Assembly (NCBI GenBank): GCA_900543105.1
Contig: UQQA01000072.1
Coordinates: 1 to 12,887 of the forward strand
DNA from: an uncultured Ruminococcus sp.
GTDB lineage: Bacteria > Bacillota > Clostridia > Oscillospirales > Ruminococcaceae
Direction: 5' to 3'
DNA length: 12,887 bases
Positions 8,933 through 12,887 of the stretch are shown piece by piece (position 1 is the stretch's first letter; each line of letters opens with the position of its first letter). A program made the position numbers and the translations under genes. The notes beneath the pieces are model-generated. The model had not been told where the DNA came from. It did not search any database and saw only the letters and a list, made by a program, of their open reading frames with translations.

Positions 8933-9008
8933 GCTAACTTAGCTCAGTTGGTAGAGCACATCCTTGGTAAGGATGAGGTCGTCAGTTCAAATCTGATAGT
9001 TAGCTCCA
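8933..9008 (+). tRNA. tRNA-Thr (anticodon GGT), 76 nt, with encoded CCA.
   Basis: Acceptor stem GCTAACT/AGTTAGC. D-arm TAGCTCAGTTGGTAGAGCA. Anticodon stem CATCC/GGATG with loop TTGGTAA, giving anticodon GGT. T-arm GTCAG-TTCAAAT-CTGAT. Discriminator T plus CCA. Confidence 0.9.
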
Positions 9009-9016
9009 TTTGAGAA

Positions 9017-9048
9017 GTCGTCCCGAGTCTGCATAGGGGCGGCTTTTT
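9017..9048 (+). terminator. Rho-independent terminator after tRNA-Thr: 8-bp stem with two G-U pairs, 11-nt loop, then tttttcttttt.
   Basis: gtcgtccc 9017-9024 pairs with ggggcggc 9036-9043. T-run from 9044. Confidence 0.55.
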
Positions 9049-9101
9049 CTTTTTATTGATTTAAAATTTTGCAGAAATATAGGTATTTAAGGCGGTGCAG
9101 T

Positions 9102-10039
9102 GTGAAAAAAGCATTGAGTATTGCGTTGAAAGTAATATTGACGAGCATTGCAGTTATTGTTTTGTTTGTCATAATATCGTTGGTTCGTCATAAAATATTC
9201 AGTTCGAGGGAAAAAGATCTGCTTACCCCCTTAGGCGAATTGGTTGAAGTGAACGGTCACAATATGAGGGCGAGGGCAACAAAACTCTTGTGTTTATGTC
9301 AGGCGGCGGAACTTGCTCTCCGATATTGGATTTTAAGTCGTTGTATTCACTGTTAAGCGATGAATACAAAATTGCAGTCGTAGAAAAATTCGGATACGGT
9401 TTTAGTGATGTTGTAGATGAAAAAAGGGATATAGATACCATATTGAGTGAAACGAGAACGGCACTTGATAAAGCAGGCATAAAAGGTCCGTATGTGCTCT
9501 GTCCTCATTCAATGTCAGGCTTGGAGGCTCTGTATTGGTCGCAGAAATATCCTGATGAGGTTGAAGCAATCATAGGCTTGGATATGGCTGTACCTGATCA
9601 TTATGATGAAATGAATATCAGTATTCCTACGATAACGCTTGGTCAGTATGGCGCTAAATTAGGTATTACAAGATGGATACCAAGCCTTTCCGAAAGCGAT
9701 GCCGTCAAGTTCGGAACGTTGTCTGATAAGGAAAAGGAGATATACAGAGCTGTATTTTATCAAAGAACTGCAACTGTGACGATGATAAATGAAGCAAAAT
9801 TCGTGAAAGAAAATGCGAAAATCGTAAAAGAAAACGGGATTCCGCAAGTGCCGATGCTTTTGTTCATATCTGACGGATCGGGCGGAACAGGATTTACCGA
9901 GGAAAGGTGGAGAAGTATTCCGAAAGAGTATTTTCCCGAAAATGATTATGTTGATTTTATTGAATTGGATTGTCCTCATTATGTCCACGATCATAAATAT
10001 CGGGAAATAAGCGAAGAGATAAAAAGCTTTGTTAATTAA
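9102..10039 (+). pseudogene. Membrane-anchored alpha/beta-fold hydrolase (esterase/lipase-like), interrupted by an apparent 1-nt frameshift at ~9264-9269 inside the tandem hexamer gagggcgagggc. Likely start GTG 9102. N-terminal part is ORF 9069..9356; the remainder is ORF 9290..10039.
   Basis: Frame A gives MKKALSIALKVILTSIAVIVLFVIISLV (TM anchor) ...LTPLGELVEVNGHNM. Frame B continues (E)GEGNKTLVFMSGGGTCSPILDFKSLYSLL...CPHSMSGLEALYW (nucleophile elbow) ...DCPHYVHDH. Together these form a typical alpha/beta hydrolase N-terminal beta-strand plus GxSxG-like motif. RBS AAGG at 9089-9092. Stop TAA at 10037-10039. Confidence 0.65.
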
Positions 10040-10203
10040 GGGGTTCTCTAAAAACCGGAACACGAGCAAATTTTCGTTGGGACTTTGCGCAGCTTCAAGG
10101 CAGCGAAACGCAGTAAATACTTGATGTATTTCAAGTTTTGCTAACGCAGAAGATGCGCAAAGTCATAGAAAATTTGTCGTGAGGGAGGTTTTTAGAGGTT
10201 CCC
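10040..10203. repeat. ~165-bp element built from three nested inverted repeats (outer 17-bp arms, middle 11-bp perfect arms, inner ~6-8-bp arms), immediately after the hydrolase stop codon.
   Basis: Outer arms ggggttctctaaaaacc 10040-10056 and ggtttttagaggttccc 10187-10203, with a 12-bp perfect core. Middle arms gactttgcgca 10081-10091 and tgcgcaaagtc 10154-10164. Inner arms acttga 10119-10124 and tcaagt 10131-10136. Confidence 0.55.
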
Positions 10204-10218
10204 TTAAATACATAATAA

Positions 10219-10259
10219 AAATGCGCACCATTTGTAAGCTGTACAAGTGATGCGCATTT
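10219..10259. terminator. Bidirectional rho-independent terminator for the convergent hydrolase (+) and ilvE (-). 9-bp perfect stem aaatgcgca/tgcgcattt with an internal 5-bp sub-hairpin, U-rich on both sides.
   Basis: Stem 10219-10227/10251-10259. attatttgctgtatttg follows on the plus strand. cataataaaaa precedes it (= uuuuuauuaug on the minus strand). Confidence 0.5.
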
Positions 10260-10299
10260 ATTATTTGCTGTATTTGTCTGAAAGGGAAGTCCCTTGAAA

Positions 10300-11370
10300 T
10301 TACTTGACCTTAACAGTCCAGTTGAACTTGTCAGGAAGCTTGCCCCACTGAATACCCGTGAGTGTGTCGTAAAGCTTTTGTGAGATCTCGCCGATCTTGC
10401 CGTCATTGATAGTCATTATCTTGCTGCCGTATTTGAGTTCGCCGACAGGGGAGATAACAGCAGCCGTGCCTGTGCCGAATGCTTCGTCAAACTTGCCTTC
10501 GTCATAAGCCTTGATAAGCTCATCAATTGTGATATCACGCTCTGTAACCTTGTAACCCATATCCTTGAGTATCTGAATACAGGACTTTCTTGTGATACCG
10601 CCGAGGATAGAACCTCTGTCAAGGCTCGGTGTGATAACTTCGCCGTCAACAACGAAGAATACGTTCATAGCACCAACTTCGTCAATGTACTTTCTGTGTA
10701 CGCCGTCAAGCCAGAGAACCTGAGCATAACCCTGCTTCTCAGCCTCTTCCTGAGCCTTAAGGGAGATAGCATAGTTTGCAGCAGCCTTTGTGAAGCCTGT
10801 ACCGCCCGTAACTGCACGAACATAGTTTTCTTCAACATAGATCTTAACGGGAGCAAGTCCGTTATCATAGTAAGCGCCGACAGGGGAGAGGATAATAACG
10901 AAAAGAAGATGCTTTGCAGGGTGAACGCCAACCATAGGATCAACTGCAAAAATGTAAGGTCTGATATAAAGTGAAGTTCCCTCTGCGTGTGGGATCCAGT
11001 CCTGATCTACTTCAACAAGCTTCTTGATAGCTTCAACAGCGAATGCTTCATCGATCTTAGGGATGCAAAGACGATCGTTTGAAACATTAAGACGAGCCAT
11101 GTTCTGGTCGGGGCGGAAAAGGTTGATGTGACCGTCGGGAGTTCTGTAAGCCTTAAGTCCCTCAAAGTCAGCCTGACCGTAGTGCAGACACATTGCAGCA
11201 GGATCAAGAGGAATAGGACCGTAAGGAACGATCCTTGCATCGTGCCAGCCCTGACCCTCATCATAGTTCATCATGAACATATGGTCTGTGAAAATATGAC
11301 CGAAACCAAGCTTTGTTTCGTCAGTTGGCTTTGCTTTCGGTGAAGTGGTTTTAGTGATTTTTATTTCCAT
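10300..11370 (-). CDS. ilvE: Branched-chain amino acid aminotransferase (class IV, PLP-dependent). 356 aa from ATG 11368-11370; the ORF track adds 3 codons from an upstream GTG.
   Basis: KLGFGHIFTDHMFMMNYDEGQGWHDARIVPYGPIPLDPAAMCLHYGQADFEGLKAYR...EAFGTGTAAVISPVGEL is the typical IlvE/BCAT fold. RBS GGAAGGTG sits 6 nt before the ATG. Confidence 0.9.
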   Translation of the reverse strand: MEIKITKTTSPKAKPTDETKLGFGHIFTDHMFMMNYDEGQGWHDARIVPYGPIPLDPAAMCLHYGQADFEGLKAYRTPDGHINLFRPDQNMARLNVSNDRLCIPKIDEAFAVEAIKKLVEVDQDWIPHAEGTSLYIRPYIFAVDPMVGVHPAKHLLFVIILSPVGAYYDNGLAPVKIYVEENYVRAVTGGTGFTKAAANYAISLKAQEEAEKQGYAQVLWLDGVHRKYIDEVGAMNVFFVVDGEVITPSLDRGSILGGITRKSCIQILKDMGYKVTERDITIDELIKAYDEGKFDEAFGTGTAAVISPVGELKYGSKIMTINDGKIGEISQKLYDTLTGIQWGKLPDKFNWTVKVK

Positions 11371-11401
11371 TGTAAACACCTTCCATATAATTTATATTTC
11401 T

Positions 11402-11430
11402 ATCATAGCACATTTTTTTCATATTTTCAA
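11402..11430 (-). promoter_or_regulatory. Sigma-A-type promoter of ilvE: TTGAAA-17-TATGAT with a TGc extended -10.
   Basis: Minus strand reads ttgaaa atatgaaaaaaatgtgc tatgat. Plus-strand coordinates: -35 at 11425-11430, -10 at 11402-11407. Confidence 0.5.
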
Positions 11431-11489
11431 GAGCATTTTATATAAAAAACGCCTTTGTACTATATATATTTGTGATAAGAAATATAACG

Positions 11490-12242
11490 TCAGTTTATAG
11501 AAGTGCCGAGTGATATAACATTTTCTTTTGAAAACTTTTCCGCTGCGCCCGGTATTTTCTTTATGATCCATATTGCATAAGCGGCGGAGATCACCGTCAG
11601 AAGAGCGGAAACACCGATCCGAAATGAACTATCTCCCTCAATACCGAATACGCTCAAAGAATTAATAACACTGTGCGTGATTATACATGGTACAAGACTG
11701 CCGGATTTGTAAAAAATTATCGTGAAAAGGAAACCGACCGCCGTTGCATAGCATATCTGGAGCAGCGTCCCAAGCACTTCCACTCCGTTGAGGAGATTGA
11801 CAATGTGTCCGATGCCGAATGTAAGGCTTGAAATAACTATCGCCGTGCGTATATTTTTTCTGCAAAGTGCTGTGAAAAGAAATCCACGGAAAATAACCTC
11901 CTCAAGAAAGCCTACACAAACCATACTTATTATGTAAAGAACGGTTTCCCCGACAGAGAAGTTCATTCTTACCCCGTTCCAAAGGTTTACGGATGCTATC
12001 ACTGCAAGCGGAATGAAGTATAGGTAACTGTCAAGCTGATTTTTGACAGCGGCAAGTCCGAATTCCGATATTGGCTGTTGTTTTCTTATAAAAAAGAAAA
12101 TTCCAACCGAAAAAATTATCGCAGTCAAGGCTGTGACCGATTTTTCAATGCCGATCTTTGCAGAAAGACCGTCTGCAATGTTCATCGCAATAACATATAC
12201 AATAATAAAAAACAATGCTGTCCGTAATTCTCTTTTTTCCAT
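11490..12242 (-). CDS. CPBP-family intramembrane glutamic metalloprotease (CAAX protease / Abi, bacteriocin-immunity-like). Polytopic membrane protein, 250 aa.
   Basis: Multiple TM helices. All three CPBP motifs are present: EExxxR (LEEVIFRGF), FxxxH (TFGIGH), HxxxN (ITHSVIN). Its ATG overlaps the stop of the upstream TetR gene (TAATG). Confidence 0.75.
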   Translation of the reverse strand: MEKRELRTALFFIIVYVIAMNIADGLSAKIGIEKSVTALTAIIFSVGIFFFIRKQQPISEFGLAAVKNQLDSYLYFIPLAVIASVNLWNGVRMNFSVGETVLYIISMVCVGFLEEVIFRGFLFTALCRKNIRTAIVISSLTFGIGHIVNLLNGVEVLGTLLQICYATAVGFLFTIIFYKSGSLVPCIITHSVINSLSVFGIEGDSSFRIGVSALLTVISAAYAIWIIKKIPGAAEKFSKENVISLGTSIN

Positions 12243-12817
12243 TATTCTTCCTCCCTTATTTCACGAAGAACGCCTCGGGACACACGCTGCATATCCTCCG
12301 AAACCACATTTTCGTCATAATCCATAGAGTTGTTTGCAAGCATACTTGCATATCCATGAACGAATAAAAATATCGAACGGAAAATGTCCTTTGCCTGAAT
12401 GAGCGATGCTCCCGTACTCTGCGATAAAATTCCAAGTATCGGCGAAAGCCGTTCATCGTCGATAAGCGCCGAAAGATCCTGCCCGGAAAATTCGTCCGAT
12501 TGAAACAGTAAGCGGAACAGGTTTTTCTCACAGTGTCCGAAACGAATATACGCAAGTCCGATAGTGAGCATAGGATCATCACAAGCTGCACCGTCCGAAA
12601 ATGGCATAATGTAAGCCGAGTGAAATTCATCTGCCTTTTCATAAACAGCCTTTTTGATCTCATCAACACTGTGAAAACAGTAAAGTATCGGTTGTGTGGA
12701 ACAACCGAGTTTGTGTGCGATCGAACGGGCATTTATCCTGTCCGCACCGTCGATCCGTGCGATATCAAAAGCAGCATCAATGACCATTTCCCGTGTTATT
12801 TTTGCTTTTGGCGGCAT
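12242..12817 (-). CDS. TetR/AcrR-family transcriptional regulator. 191 aa from ATG 12815-12817; the ORF track extends further 5'.
   Basis: N-terminal HTH TREMVIDAAFDIARIDGADRINARSIAHKLGCSTQPILYCFHSVDEI matches the TetR_N signature. RBS GGAGG (plus-strand cctcc 12826-12830) is 8 nt from the ATG. The stop overlaps the CPBP start. Confidence 0.8.
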   Translation of the reverse strand: MPPKAKITREMVIDAAFDIARIDGADRINARSIAHKLGCSTQPILYCFHSVDEIKKAVYEKADEFHSAYIMPFSDGAACDDPMLTIGLAYIRFGHCEKNLFRLLFQSDEFSGQDLSALIDDERLSPILGILSQSTGASLIQAKDIFRSIFLFVHGYASMLANNSMDYDENVVSEDMQRVSRGVLREIREEE

Positions 12818-12848
12818 ATTAAAACCTCCTTTTTTATTTATAACATAT

Positions 12849-12877
12849 ATTATATAACGTTTGTTATAAAAAGTCAA
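12849..12877 (-). promoter_or_regulatory. Sigma-A-type promoter (TTGACT-17-TATAAT) of the TetR-CPBP operon. A 16-bp palindrome TATAACaaacGTTATA lies between -35 and -10 and overlaps the -10, so it is a candidate TetR operator.
   Basis: Minus strand reads ttgact ttttataacaaacgtta tataat. Plus-strand coordinates: -35 at 12872-12877, -10 at 12849-12854, palindrome at 12853-12868. Confidence 0.5.
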
Positions 12878-12887
12878 TAGTAAATTT

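Noticed and set aside
9659-10069. 136-aa minus-strand ORF antisense to the hydrolase.
   Set aside because: No RBS and odd composition. It overlaps a gene with strong fold-level support.

Overview
This is a low-GC Firmicutes/Clostridia-type chromosomal stretch of mostly core housekeeping genes. Evidence for that placement: AGGAGG-type ribosome-binding sites (RBS), a CIRCE-controlled groESL operon (CIRCE is the HrcA heat-shock operator), an rpsF-ssb-rpsR operon and spoIIR. Gene order, 5' to 3': a flotillin-like SPFH gene (+, frameshifted), a CheW-like gene with an inserted CZB zinc-binding module (-), rpsF-ssb-rpsR (+), groEL-groES (-) with a perfect CIRCE operator, pgk (-), spoIIR (-), tRNA-Thr(GGT) (+), a membrane-anchored alpha/beta hydrolase (+, frameshifted), ilvE (-), and a TetR regulator translationally coupled to a CPBP/Abi intramembrane protease (-). 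Almost every gene has a recognisable sigma-A-type promoter, RBS and rho-independent terminator. No CRISPR array, transposase or integrase was seen. The points that look non-routine: a CheW domain split by an embedded CZB zinc-sensor domain; two independent 1-nt frameshifts, both in purine/G runs; a ~165-bp nested inverted-repeat element downstream of the hydrolase; a long-range inverted repeat between the rpsR and groEL terminators; and a TetR-CPBP operon with a palindromic operator inside its own promoter. All calls come from reading the sequence and ORF translations by eye; no database searches were run.
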